Source: Naegleria gruberi (Eukaryota). From it: 64,000 bases of DNA. Positions 45,375 to 56,420 of the stretch are shown piece by piece; the first letter of the stretch is position 1, and each line of letters begins with the position of its first letter. Where the stretch lies: assembly GCA_000004985.1 (NCBI GenBank), contig GG738865.1; one strand, 5' to 3'. Made by a program: the position numbers and the translations under genes. The notes beneath the pieces were generated by a model. The model was not told where the DNA came from, made no database searches, and was given only the letters and a program-made list of their open reading frames with translations.

Positions 45375-46695
45375 AATGGCAACTAAAGTAACCGAAACTC
45401 TTGTTGTGCTTTTGTTGTTATTCTTCGCTACTGCTTCTGGCATTAACGCATCATCACCTGCGGAGCCAGCATTCAAAAGTCAATTACGTTCATGTTTTGA
45501 AGCAAATAGAAATACCGAATGTTTGGCCACACAATCATCTTGGTCTTCATGTGGAGGTTCAGTTTATTCTTCATATCAACTTGCACTCTCCATCTCAATG
45601 AATTGTATGAGAAGTGTCTGTGGAAGTCAAAATAGTTTATGTTGCAATACCTATTGTACAATGTATGGTTTATCTGGATATGATCATTCAGTTTGTTTCA
45701 ATAAGTGTTTCAATGGATATACTGGTTCAGTTGTTGGTGCTGCAACTTTGATGAAAACAATCAAGAGTAGTTTGGATACCAATGTTGATTATGTTCCTCC
45801 TGCCACAGCTCAAAAGAAGGACGATGAAACCAAAGTCTATTGTGATATTCCATGTAATTCAGAATTTGCTTTCTATTCCACAACTGGTAAACAACCAAGT
45901 ATTTTAAATGGTGGTTTGAAGGCATTGTTGGCTTCTAATACCAAGACTAATACTTTGGCTGCTAAGAAAAAGCTCATTTCTTCTTGGTCAACCAAGGTTG
46001 GTTCCTCTAAGCCATCATCCTCATCCTCCTCCTCACGTAAGAGCATCAGCAGCATTAAAAGCATCATTGGAAGAAGTAATAGTGGTTACAACAAGGCCAT
46101 TTCAAAGAGCATCTCAAAATACCTTGGCTTCAAACCAGTTAAACAAATTAATAGTGATCTGGTCTATAAGAGACTTGTTAAATTTGTTTCAAGCATTCCA
46201 AGTCTTGGATACATCTTGAGAGGTATTCGTGATAAGAAAACCAGAACCTACCTTACAAGAGGTTACAAATTCATTCAAGCTGCTAGAAAACAAGTCTATC
46301 CACAAAAAGCATTTGCAATCTATGATGGTAAAGTATTGAATGTGAAAGCCACAGTTCAATTGGGTAATCCAGCATTGGTTAAGCAGAGAAGTACCATTTT
46401 CCCAATTCCATTCAATTCATTGACTCCATCTTCACTTTCAAAGAAATCCTTTTTCAATTCCAGTGTTAAACATAATCAAATCTGTACTGGTACAGCTATT
46501 GCCAAAGTGGAATATTATCGTAGATCTCGTATCACTTGTAAAAAGATCAAGTCATGGATTAGTGGAGCTTCAAAGATTAATCCAAAGAATATTTATCAAG
46601 TCAACAAGTTCCTCTTCCTTGTTTATAATCAATGTAAGAAAGCTAAAGCTACTTGTGTTGTTCCATTTGTTGAAGCAATCAAAACAACTGATTAA
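45375..46695 (+). CDS. secreted cysteine-rich modular protein, paralog A (signal peptide, 10-Cys N-terminal domain, Ser/Lys-rich linker, 4-Cys C-terminal domain)
   Basis: ATG 45375. Signal-like MATKVTETLVVLLLLFFATASGINA. N-terminal domain SSPAEPAFKSQLRSCFEANRNTECLATQSSWSSCGGSVYSSYQLALSISMNCMRSVCGSQNSLCCNTYCTMYGLSGYDHSVCFNKCFNGYTGSVV is shared with the paralogs at 46905 and 47970(-). The C-terminal Cys module (QICTGTAIAKVEYYRRSRITCKKIKSW...CVVPF) is also shared. Confidence 0.7.
45440..45735. repeat. left arm of an inverted repeat (about 290 nt, about 98% identical to 48715-49010 in reverse orientation), coincident with the 5' coding region of paralog A
   Basis: By-eye alignment of 45451-45731 with the reverse complement of 48721-49010 shows only about 5 mismatches, all at synonymous third positions. 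Mirror-image antisense ORFs in the track (45473-45661 - and 48797-48985 +) are near-identical, which confirms the repeat. Confidence 0.8.
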
Positions 46696-46904
46696 ATTTT
46701 TGTAATTCAATAACTTTTTACAAATATAATATTAATAATATTGAAAAATACTTATTACAATTACAGGTCTGTTACAAAATCTTTTAATGGATAGGAATAG
46801 CATTTTTAAAATACTCGCTCAAACTATATGCAAATTAAACAGTGTACTTTTCACCAAATGTGTATGTGACTCAAAACATCCAACTGTCACACCAGTAAAA
46901 AAAA

Positions 46905-47894
46905 ATGACATTGTCATCCAAACAAATTGTCGTTGTGTTAATTATTGTTGGATTCTGTGTTTCTTACACATTGGCTTCTTCTGCCAGCGAACCAGCATTC
47001 AAAAGTCAATTACGTTCATGTTTTGAAGGAAACAGAAACACAGAATGCATAGTCAATCAAGGAAGCTGGAATTCTTGTGGTCGTTCAGTTTATTCTTCCT
47101 ATCAATTAGCTGTTTCCATTTCAATGAATTGTATGAGAAGTGTTTGTGGTAGTCAAAATGGTTTATGTTGTAATACTTATTGTTCAATGTTTGGTTTATC
47201 TGGAAGTGATCATTCGAATTGTTTCTCCTCATGTTATAATTCATACAGGCCATCGACAAATGGTGGTTCATCTTTTGGTGGAAATATTCCTGCAGCTAGT
47301 GATGCTTTAACTGGTTCTGTATCTTGTTCTATTCCATGCGCTGCTGCTTTCTCCTTCTATGAAAATAAAGTAGCCGAAAGTGTGGCCAAAAAACCAGCAG
47401 AAGTCAAGACATTCAAAACTTTGGTCAAGAATTTACAATCTGGCAAACCAATCAAAAAATCAAATCCTGGCTACACAATCACCTCTGCCAAGACTTTGTC
47501 AACCAGCAGCCCTAGTTCTGCAACCTATTTCACAGCACTTAAACCAAAAGTTGTCCTGAAGGGAAGTGAACATAATCAAGTCTTACGTACCTCTATTGAA
47601 GAAGCTGTTCCAACAAACTTGGACTCGGCTCAATTTTACAATTCTCAAGTGGCATCCAATCAAATTTGTTCCAATTCAATGAAAGATGTTGTAAAGGTTT
47701 CAATTTTGAAGAATACCAAAATTGAATGTTCTAAATTGTTGCAATGGATTAAGAATGATAAGACAATTGCTCCTGAAAATTTGGAAAATGTTTATAATTT
47801 CATGTTGGTTTTGCATCAAAAGTGTTCTGCTTTGCCAAATAGTAAATGTGTCATGCCAAATGTTGGATCCATCAAGCTCACTAACACTAAATAA
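46905..47894 (+). CDS. secreted cysteine-rich modular protein, paralog B (329 aa)
   Basis: Signal-like MTLSSKQIVVVLIIVGFCVSYTLA. Same N-terminal Cys domain, more diverged (SASEPAFKSQLRSCFEGNRNTECIVNQGSWNSCGRSVYSSYQLAVSISMNCMRSVCGSQNGLCCNTYCSMFGLSGSDHSNCF). The C-terminal module is also shared (QICSNSMKDVVKVSILKNTKIECSKLLQW...CVMPN). Confidence 0.7.
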   Translation: MTLSSKQIVVVLIIVGFCVSYTLASSASEPAFKSQLRSCFEGNRNTECIVNQGSWNSCGRSVYSSYQLAVSISMNCMRSVCGSQNGLCCNTYCSMFGLSGSDHSNCFSSCYNSYRPSTNGGSSFGGNIPAASDALTGSVSCSIPCAAAFSFYENKVAESVAKKPAEVKTFKTLVKNLQSGKPIKKSNPGYTITSAKTLSTSSPSSATYFTALKPKVVLKGSEHNQVLRTSIEEAVPTNLDSAQFYNSQVASNQICSNSMKDVVKVSILKNTKIECSKLLQWIKNDKTIAPENLENVYNFMLVLHQKCSALPNSKCVMPNVGSIKLTNTK

Positions 47895-47969
47895 ATTGTG
47901 GATCTATCAATTAATAACTAATTTTTATTAGAAAGCACCCAAATCATAAATTTCCAAAATAAAATTATT

Positions 47970-49087
47970 TTAAAGAGTGTCAGTATTCAAATTAATTCTT
48001 CTAAACATTGGAACAACACATTGTTTAGACTTCTTTGGAATGAGAGATCTACACTTATTATGAACAATCATCATGAATTTGTAAACAGTAAGCAAATTAT
48101 TTGGTGAAATTTCTGAAACTTCCTTCATCCAACGTTGAATCTTGTTACAATTTACTCTAGATCTCTTATAATAGGTAACTTCAACTGTCTTTCCAGTATT
48201 GGCACAGATTTGATTTTTACCAACTTGGCTGCTTTTCAAAACGGGATTCAAAGGGACAACCTTATCAAGTGAAATGTCAAAAACTTGAAGTCTGTCACGA
48301 GTTACTTGAATAACATTGGAAATCATCTTTTTATCAGTTTTTCCTGATGATTTAGAGGTTGATTTAGTGACCTTTCCATTCTTAATAGTTGTGAGTTTAG
48401 TTTTTTTCACAAAAGACGAAATGAAAAGTTTCTTCTTTTTGCCCAATACTGAAACTCCACCATTTCCACTTGCTGTTCCAGTAGTACTATTTGAACCATT
48501 AATTTGAGAAAGGAGAGTTCTCAAGAAATTTCTTTCCTTTCTTGTTGGTTGTTCATTGGCAAAATAAAAAGCATAAGTAGCATCACATGAAACAGAACAT
48601 TTGACAATGGCTTTATCATCAGTGGTGGCACTTTTTGGAACAAAGTCAGAGTTATCATCGAATGGGATGGAAGCATAAGCAATAGAAGTAGAAATTGGTT
48701 TCATCAAAGTTGCAGCAGCAGAAACAACTGAACCAGTATATCCATTGAAACACTTATTGAAACAAACTGAATGATCATATCCAGATAAACCATACATTGT
48801 ACAATAAGTATTGCAACATAAACTATTTTGACTTCCACAAACACTTCTCATACAATTCATTGAAATGGAGAGTGCAAGTTGATATGAAGAATAAACTGAA
48901 CCTCCACATGAAGACCAAGATGATTGTGTGGCTAAACATTCGGTATTTCTATTTGCTTCAAAACATGAACGTAATTGACTTTTGAATGCTGGTTCCGCTG
49001 GAGATGATGCATTGACAAAAGATGAAGATGTGAGAAGGGCTGCCAACAAGACGAAACATGCCAAAACTAGTGGATTGAATCTTGTCA
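47970..49087 (-). CDS. secreted cysteine-rich modular protein, paralog C (about 372 aa from ATG MTRFNPLVLACFVLL...)
   Basis: Signal-like start MTRFNPLVLACFVLLAALLTSSSFVNA. The N-terminal domain protein sequence is identical to paralog A. The linker has diverged. The C-terminal module is shared (QICANTGKTVEVTYYKRSRVNCNKIQRW...CVVPM). Confidence 0.7.
48715..49010. repeat. right arm of the inverted repeat (partner of 45440-45735)
   Basis: See left arm. It lies in the 5' coding region of minus-strand paralog C. Confidence 0.8.
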
Positions 49088-49305
49088 TTATTTTTTTTAA
49101 GCTTTCTTCAAAGATGTCACCCACAAGAACACTGACACAATCAAAATGGGTAAATTTGTCAAAAAAAATTTAACACACTAAATATCTTATAACCATCACC
49201 CGTCAATATTATTATTCGAATCCAATGAACATTCAAAGAGAGATGAAAGAAATTAAAGGGAACTTGCAAGTGAAAAGTTCCCGCCAAAAATAACTACAAA
49301 AAAAA

Positions 49306-52300
49306 ATGAGTAAAAACATATGGTTGCCGCCACTTTCGCTATCATCTCTGCAGAGAAATGATGGGAAGAACATCATGTTTGACACTCAGAAAGTAATCAA
49401 GCCGACCACCTGGTTGTATATAATGATGATACTGCTGATATTGTTAATGAATAGTGGAGGAGTTGTGAGATGTGGAAATGTTGTGGAAGTGGATGCTGAG
49501 GAAGTGAGGCAGTTGGATTTATATTTGAAAAAATCAAAACCTGATTTGGAAAATTCTCAGCTAGCTTTATTGGCATTTAAGGAGACGAGTCAAATGCTTA
49601 TACTCACCAAGACATTGTCATCCTTGTCCATCACACCAAGAACAATATTTTACTCTGCAGGGTTTATCGGAAATACTATTGTTCAATTGAATGCAAGTGA
49701 AATCAAATTCACCTCCTTGGCTAATGTATTTAACAATTCAACAAGACCATACAAAGTTGTTGATAGGCTTACATCATTATGCTCTTCTACTCTTTCTCAA
49801 TTATATCAGAACAACACCTTTATTCCAAATTATTATATTTGTTTTTTCAAAACAACACTCACATCAGAGAATAGAGTTTTCTTCTCAACAACAAGTGAAG
49901 GATTCAGATGTTTAAAACTAAATTCGGATGGGGATGTAATAACCAAGGATGTTTCTAAGGGATTTATTGAAGATTTTGCTACCTCATTATGTGTTATAAC
50001 CATAATATTTATAGCCCTTCTGTGGGTACAAGGATCATTTAAAAGGAGAATTATTGATACAAAGAGATATCCCTTTACCAATTATTACTTTGGAAACGAT
50101 ACTGATTGGAACTCTTCAACTTTTTCGGATCTTTCAGTAACTCTTAGACCAATATTTCCATTCTTTAAACATTTTTCCAATCAGTTTGACAAGCTTTATA
50201 AACTGATATTCAGATCAATTCAAAACAAAGTGGACCAGGAACATATTAGGAAGTATAAGAAATTTGGCTCTTCAACACTGCTGAAATACCAATTATTCTT
50301 CGACTTTTTCCTCTTTATAGTTATTAGTTGCTTATCAATGGTGCAGTTATTTGTTCCTTCTGTACTATATTTCCCAAATTTTATTCAAATACCTATTAAT
50401 TTTGACCTTGGGAATGACGAAACCTTCACAAGTTATTGGATAGGAGGGGCTGATTTTGTACCTATCAGTTTGGGTTTTTGGTTAATATCCCTCACTTTGA
50501 TGATATTGGGAATAATTTTGTTAATAGTTACTTCTAGTTCAAAAGAAAAGATGATGTATTGGAGCACAAACTCTTTGCCAGACACCAACATTTTGGTTTT
50601 CACTGATGCAATCTTCAAAATTATTTTCATAGTCTTGATTAATGTGATAATCATTTTACTACCGTTCTGGACATTTACCATTAAGGGAGTTCTTATGGTG
50701 GTTATTACAATAGCATCTATTTTCTATGGGAGTCAACAAATTTTAATTCCAACAGAGAAGGTTATTCACGCTATTCATGATGGAAATTATAAGATGGTTG
50801 TTGCCTTCTTGATGTTTGCATATTTTAAGGAACTTCTAGTGATCATACCATTTTTTATTCAGATATTCATGGTGGCCGAAACTATATTTGGGCTAGTTTG
50901 GAGCTTGATTCTTTCCTTTGTTGCAAACAACAGCAAGCTTTCCTTGATTGGTATTTTTGGTATTGTAATTAATTCTGCAACAAGTTTACTTCAAGACTTA
51001 CTACAGCCATCCAGAGTTACCAGGAAAAAGATTGTGGAAAGGTCAGATACATTCGTTTTTCCCTCTCTAACAAAGACCAGCACACAATTCATCCTTGATA
51101 ATGTCGCTGCAAAATATGGTGGCATTATTAATACCTACTCTAAACTGGTAGAAAGTAATGAGATGGTGGATTATACATACAAGGATATTCTCTCATTAAA
51201 TGACAACTTGGAAGAACTTAAGGACATTACAAGAAAAAGAAGTCAGTCTGTTGGAAAATCTGAAAACGGTGAAGCTAAGCTAGCAGCAACAACTATTGAA
51301 AAAATTCACAACCCTGTTAACATCAAATTCGAAAAAAATGAAGACAAAAACGAAGAGGAGCTAAAAACAAGATATACGGAGATCAATGATAGGCCAAAGT
51401 ACATGCATGTTCTCTTCAAGAAAGAAATTGCCTTACTCGTTAGAGGCATCTTCCTTTCAACGCAAGAGAAGAAAAATGAAAAATTGAGAGTAATCTTTAA
51501 GAGAGGAGAGAGGCTTTATACTCCATTGTTGAATACAGACATCAGAAGAATCCATCACAATTTAGTGGGTAGAGTCAAGATAGCAACAGGAAATCTGAGT
51601 AATTATTTAGTAGTAATTTTGATTGCAATGATTATTTTCTTGTCTTTTACTTATTCTGGTGCTGAAAGTGATGGTATGGACATTATGTCAAATATGGCTA
51701 TTGTTATTTCAATCTTTATTCCACAACTTTTTGGAAGATTGGATGAAGGACAAGTTGATGAACTATTCGAAAGAAGAATTGAGGAAACTATCCTTTTAAC
51801 CAAGAGAGATCTTGCAAAGAAACTTGACTTACCAGAGAAGGATCTCAATTTTTGCATTTTCAATTTTCAAAACGATTCAGATATTAGTAACTTTTTAGAG
51901 CACAACACCCCAGCAGTGTCTGAAACTATTGGAAGAAAAATGTAAGTATATTTTAACGAATTGTTTTACTTGAATCAAATGAAAGATTGGAACATTGGGA
52001 AAGTGCTTCAACAAATGGATTTATTACAGCTCAAAAATTCAAGCCACTCATGCTTATTGTATGGGATGAAACCCTTAAAATCAATGCAAAGAAGGGCACT
52101 GCTTCCGCTACAAATGACTATCTCAAGACTCATAGCCAATTCTTGACATCATTTTCAAACATAATTTATTGTATTAGTAATTTTGAGGCTGACTCCTTTG
52201 TGAGTGCTTACGAATTCATTCACGCTGTGGAGCTTCTCAAAAAATCAATCACAAGAAAGGAAGAAGATCAATGCTCAGATATGGATATAACATTTGCATT

Positions 52301-52601
52301 TCTATTCTTTTGCTATTTGAGAGGAAGAAGTGCTGAAGTAGGAATGGTGAATTGTAATTCTTTAGAAGTTAGTTTTGCAGAAGAAGAGTATAACCATTTC
52401 TTTTCCACTTTCTATACTTGGATAGCTGTTAACGATACCAAGAGAGAAAAGCTAAAGGAAGCAAAACAATTTATTGAGTTGGTATTCTCTGTGTATAGCT
52501 CTGAGCAGCGTCTATCATTGGAACATTTCTTGAATAGCTATAGATCGGTCAGAAGTGCAATGTCCAACACAAGTAGATCGATTGAAATCGAAGAGTTTTG
52601 A
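49306..52601 (+). CDS. large polytopic membrane protein (signal/anchor, ectodomain, about 10 TM helices) with C-terminal cytosolic helical domain; 2 exons (49306-51943, about 52008-52601), about 1075 aa
   Basis: The 879-aa ORF ends at ATGTAAGT. The acceptor AATGAAAG continues the frame into ORF 51987-52601. There are many long hydrophobic segments. Family unassigned. Confidence 0.55.
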
Positions 52602-53064
52602 CTGGACATGTAATGGAGCTGACTACAATTCATTTAGCTTAGAAAGAACAGCTCATTTTCTTCAAGTTTGACACAAAAGAAACACAATTTTACTGATGCT
52701 GTCATTCAAACAAAAAAAGAAAGCATTCATCCTGAATGATTAGAGCTTTACCATAGACTTCCAATAAAAAAAGTACGAATGCCAACCTTAAACCAGAAAA
52801 TTACTCTAGTGTTTGAAGTCGTTTTGTGGTATACCTGATGACATTTTTCCATTGAAGAGAACCTTATGTTTTTCAACAACAGAAGTTAACATTCAACCTA
52901 TTTCCTTCATTGATTTACAAATTGGTATAAACAAAGAACAAAAATGATTAGAAATGCACTTGTACAGGAATTGGTTCATTTGTCAACCACTTGAACTGTT
53001 TCTATTGTCAGATTTTCATTGTAAAATAACTTGTTTGCAATTTCCGCAAATCAAGAGAAAAAAA

Positions 53065-54024
53065 ATGAATGCAAAACTCACCATCAAACGCAAGCAATCA
53101 CAATCATCTTCATCGTCTGCATCAGCTTCAGCATCACAATCTTCGCAATCTTCAACAATAAATTCTTCCACAAGTTGTATACAAAATAGTCAAAATGATG
53201 AAGCAGATGATGATGATATTGTGGAGGTGGCTCCATCATTATCGGGAAGTAGTACATTGCACTTTCCGATTAGGACAATGGTATCAATTCATAGGAATGT
53301 AGTGCTACAGATTACATTATTTGACAAGTTGAGGGATAAATCTACATTAAAGTCTTCATTGGCTTCGACTTGGTTTAAAAAGGAGCACCTGGATGAGTTC
53401 TACACTTATTTGAAATACTTTTTGAAGAAACAAATTTATCAGGAAATCAAGTTTATTCCAACAGAACCAGGTAGGATTGAATTGAAAATAGAATTACCTC
53501 CAGAAAAGACGATTCAAGTAATTAAATGTAAAACCATTCAATTTACCTATGAGTGGAAAAAGACATATTCTAATTTTTTCATGTTGAGGAGAAAGGATAC
53601 ACAAGAGGAGTATGAAAGAGAATTATTGAAAGCACAACTTACAAGAAAGCCATCTGTGCCTATTCTTATTGAGGATGATCCACAAGGTCCAGTCAAACAC
53701 AATTTGGATTTAAGTGACGAGGAAACACCAAACAAGAAGCAAAAATCAATTCACAATTTGGATTTGAGTGATGAGGAAAATGTGAAACAAACCCCACCAA
53801 GAAAGAAAAAGAAACCAACTGTTATTATTGAGGATGACGATTCTTCATCATCTGAAGAGGAAGATGTAGAATTAAAGGAAGATATTGAGTTAAACTCTCC
53901 ACCTTTCAAAAAGTTTAAACAAAGTCTGGTATCTTGGCGGTACCAGCTACTTGTCTATTTGGAACCAAAGGAAAAGGATATTCTGGAATTGACAGGAGCT
54001 AAATCAAAAAGCAAATTCTTTTAA
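53065..54024 (+). CDS. acidic Ser-rich protein with duplicated HNLDLSDEE motif and several hydrophobic-acidic (SIM-like) clusters; about 319 aa from ATG 53065
   Basis: ORF with a poly-Ser tract; motifs DDDIVEVAPS, ILIEDDPQG, VIIEDDDSSSSEEED; tandem HNLDLSDEETPNKKQKSI / HNLDLSDEENVKQTPPRKKKK. Confidence 0.45.
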   Translation: MNAKLTIKRKQSQSSSSSASASASQSSQSSTINSSTSCIQNSQNDEADDDDIVEVAPSLSGSSTLHFPIRTMVSIHRNVVLQITLFDKLRDKSTLKSSLASTWFKKEHLDEFYTYLKYFLKKQIYQEIKFIPTEPGRIELKIELPPEKTIQVIKCKTIQFTYEWKKTYSNFFMLRRKDTQEEYERELLKAQLTRKPSVPILIEDDPQGPVKHNLDLSDEETPNKKQKSIHNLDLSDEENVKQTPPRKKKKPTVIIEDDDSSSSEEEDVELKEDIELNSPPFKKFKQSLVSWRYQLLVYLEPKEKDILELTGAKSKSKFF

Positions 54025-54055
54025 TAATTTAAGATTTTTTTACAATTATTTGGAT

Positions 54056-55279
54056 TTAAATATTGAGTACACGAAGTTTTTCAGCTTTTGGAACAGTGTG
54101 GATCAAGACACGACCATCATAAGATACAGTACCAAAGGTCCAGCTGTTAGTATTACTCCAACAAAGAGAGTAGACACTTTCTTCATGTTCATCATATGTG
54201 TGAACAAGGTTATCAAACAATTCCTCCTTCTTTGGTTTGGATTTTTCTTCTTCAGATGCTTGTAATTCTTCGTCTAATTCTTGCTCTTTTGCCTTTGATG
54301 AAATTGAGGCAATAGACCATAAATTTACCTTACTGTCAGTACTTCCTGTCAAAATCAATTGATCATATTGTGGATTAAATCTGACTTTGGAAATCCAGTG
54401 TGAATGACCTCCTAAAACCAACAATGGTTCCTTCGTCGAACGAATATCCCAAAACTTTACAAAGCAGTCATCACCACAAGTTGCCAATCTGTACATATGA
54501 TATGGATTGTATTGGACATCCCTAACCATTTGGTCATGAGCAATAAATTCAACATTCTTCTTATTATTCTTTTCTCTCAAGTCAACTTGGATGACCTTTC
54601 CTTGGGCAGCAACAGCAATAATTTCTGAATGATGAGGATCCCAAGCACCAGTTCTTAATCTTCTTCCACCCAAATCATACTTGTTAACAAATTTACATGT
54701 TTTTTCAAATCTAAATTCTCTCAAACATTTTTCATCGATTGAAATTACACGATCACTAGTTCCATTTTGATCCCATAATATTTCGTGTACTCTTTCATTA
54801 TCAAATTGTTTGGCATCTAATTTTGACAGAGTTTCCAAATTATTGGTATTATTACTTTCCAATTCTTCTCCAACATCTGATTGTCCTGCTTGTTCCGAAT
54901 ATGTTGACATTCCGTATAGTGCTGCTTCAAAACCATTTTTAATGGTATTATATGTTGTGAAGAAATATTTTGGTTTTGATGGATGTGGACTAATCGACCA
55001 AACTTCGTGTTGATGTGAAAAAGCAGCTTGACAAAAAACATCATTTTCTTCCTCGTTAAATTCAATAAGATGGACTTCATTGTTGGCATTCAGAGCACAA
55101 GTTCCTACAAGAAATCTATTATTTTGAGTATCACCTTTTACCGCAGCCATACATCTACTCTTGTTTAAACGTTGACCATAGATTGCAGAGGTGTGTCCGT
55201 GACTATCCTGTTGTGATGCTGATGAGGCTGTGTAATCACTGTGTGATCGTAAATGTCCTCTTGTGTTGGATCTTTTCAT
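54056..55279 (-). CDS. EIPR1: WD40-repeat protein EIPR1/TSSC1-like (407 aa)
   Basis: Colinear with EIPR1/TSSC1 (FLVGTCALNANNEVHLIEFNEEEN; ATCGDDCFVKFWDIRSTKEPLLVLGGHSHWISKVRFNPQYDQLILTGSTDSKVNLWSI; YDEHEESVYSLCWSNTNSWTFGTVSYDGRVLIHTVPKAEK). Confidence 0.8.
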   Translation of the reverse strand: MKRSNTRGHLRSHSDYTASSASQQDSHGHTSAIYGQRLNKSRCMAAVKGDTQNNRFLVGTCALNANNEVHLIEFNEEENDVFCQAAFSHQHEVWSISPHPSKPKYFFTTYNTIKNGFEAALYGMSTYSEQAGQSDVGEELESNNTNNLETLSKLDAKQFDNERVHEILWDQNGTSDRVISIDEKCLREFRFEKTCKFVNKYDLGGRRLRTGAWDPHHSEIIAVAAQGKVIQVDLREKNNKKNVEFIAHDQMVRDVQYNPYHMYRLATCGDDCFVKFWDIRSTKEPLLVLGGHSHWISKVRFNPQYDQLILTGSTDSKVNLWSIASISSKAKEQELDEELQASEEEKSKPKKEELFDNLVHTYDEHEESVYSLCWSNTNSWTFGTVSYDGRVLIHTVPKAEKLRVLNI

Positions 55280-55463
55280 TTTTTAATTATAAATATTAAA
55301 TCTTTTAATAATATATCGTTATGATAATCACCTGTCCCATCACGCCAAACAAAATAAAAACACTTTTTAATATTTTAAATGAATATTAAATATTAAATAA
55401 TATTAAATTTAATTTTATTTAAACACAATCATGGTGTAGATTTTCATTTACATATAAAAAGCA

Positions 55464-56420
55464 TTAGTGCTTCTTATAATTATCGAGAATTTCTCTGAGA
55501 TGGAACTTTTTACGAATTATTGTCCTCACATCAGAGTGTTTGTATAATTGTTTCAAAAATGGAATGAGTTTCATCAATTCACGATCTTCCTTATCATCAA
55601 ACCAACTCAAAATTGGTATTCCGTTATCGATTTGATAACCGTATGCTTGTGGTGAGTTATCAACAATGCAAGTCTTGGAAAGATCACGTCCAAGTACTTC
55701 TAAATCCTTCAAATAGTTTCTCTCAACATCAATACAAGAATTTCTAAAAACTCTGTACTTGATGTACTTTCTTTCAGGATCAAGGATTGAAAGCAATTTA
55801 TCAGCATACACACTTTGTGATGCAGTGAAAACAACAACTTCGAAGATTTTTGATACAGCTTCCAAAAACTCAACAAAGTAAGGTCTCTTCCGCACGTAAA
55901 CTGTATATTCAACTCCATGGAAGAGTACAGTAAAGGTAAAGTCAGGATCAGGAATTGGTTCAGTGCTACAATGGACAAGAGTTTCATCAAGATCCAAAAC
56001 TAGGGTTATATCTGGTTGTGATAATTCTTTAGGTGGAAGACAATATTGATGAGGGGAGATCTTAGGTTTTGGTGGAAGGTGGGCAATAAAGTCAAATCTA
56101 TGAAAACGTTAGAACAACAAATGTTTTCATATGAAAATAAAACTTACGGATTGAATTCATCATCATCTTCATACTCAATATCTAATAATTGAGAGTATGA
56201 AAAATCATAAATATCTTCTTCATAGTCTTCTTCCTTTTGCATGACTTTTTCATCATAATTTACACCAAGAGTAATATCTGTGTCAGAGTCACTCAGAGAG
56301 AATCTTCGGGGTGAGAAGAGTTCATCTTCATTGGAGATGGTTGATGTAGAGTCAGAGTAAGAAAGTTTACGAAGAGCTAATGGAGAGGAAGATTTTGGAG
56401 TTGATGATTTTTGTTCTGTC
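55464..56420 (-). CDS. CTD small phosphatase-like (SCP1/NIF, FCP1-homology domain) protein; the last exon 55464-56097 holds the catalytic domain, an upstream acidic exon lies at about 56148-56420, and the 5' end/start codon is not resolved
   Basis: [13 protein letters not shown] (DxDxT catalytic motif), [41 protein letters not shown] and [26 protein letters not shown] match the CTDSP/NIF family. A GTAAGT..TTCATAG intron (about 56098-56147) joins an upstream Asp/Glu-rich exon that has no in-frame ATG within the open frame, so at least one further 5' exon is expected. Confidence 0.75.

Noticed and set aside
45473-45661. 62-aa minus-strand ORF (MYNRYCNINYFDF...), and its twin at 48797-48985 on the plus strand
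   Set aside because: Both lie antisense to the conserved N-terminal domain of paralogs A and C. They are mirror images of the inverted repeat, and their near-identity simply reflects the repeat, not a separate gene.
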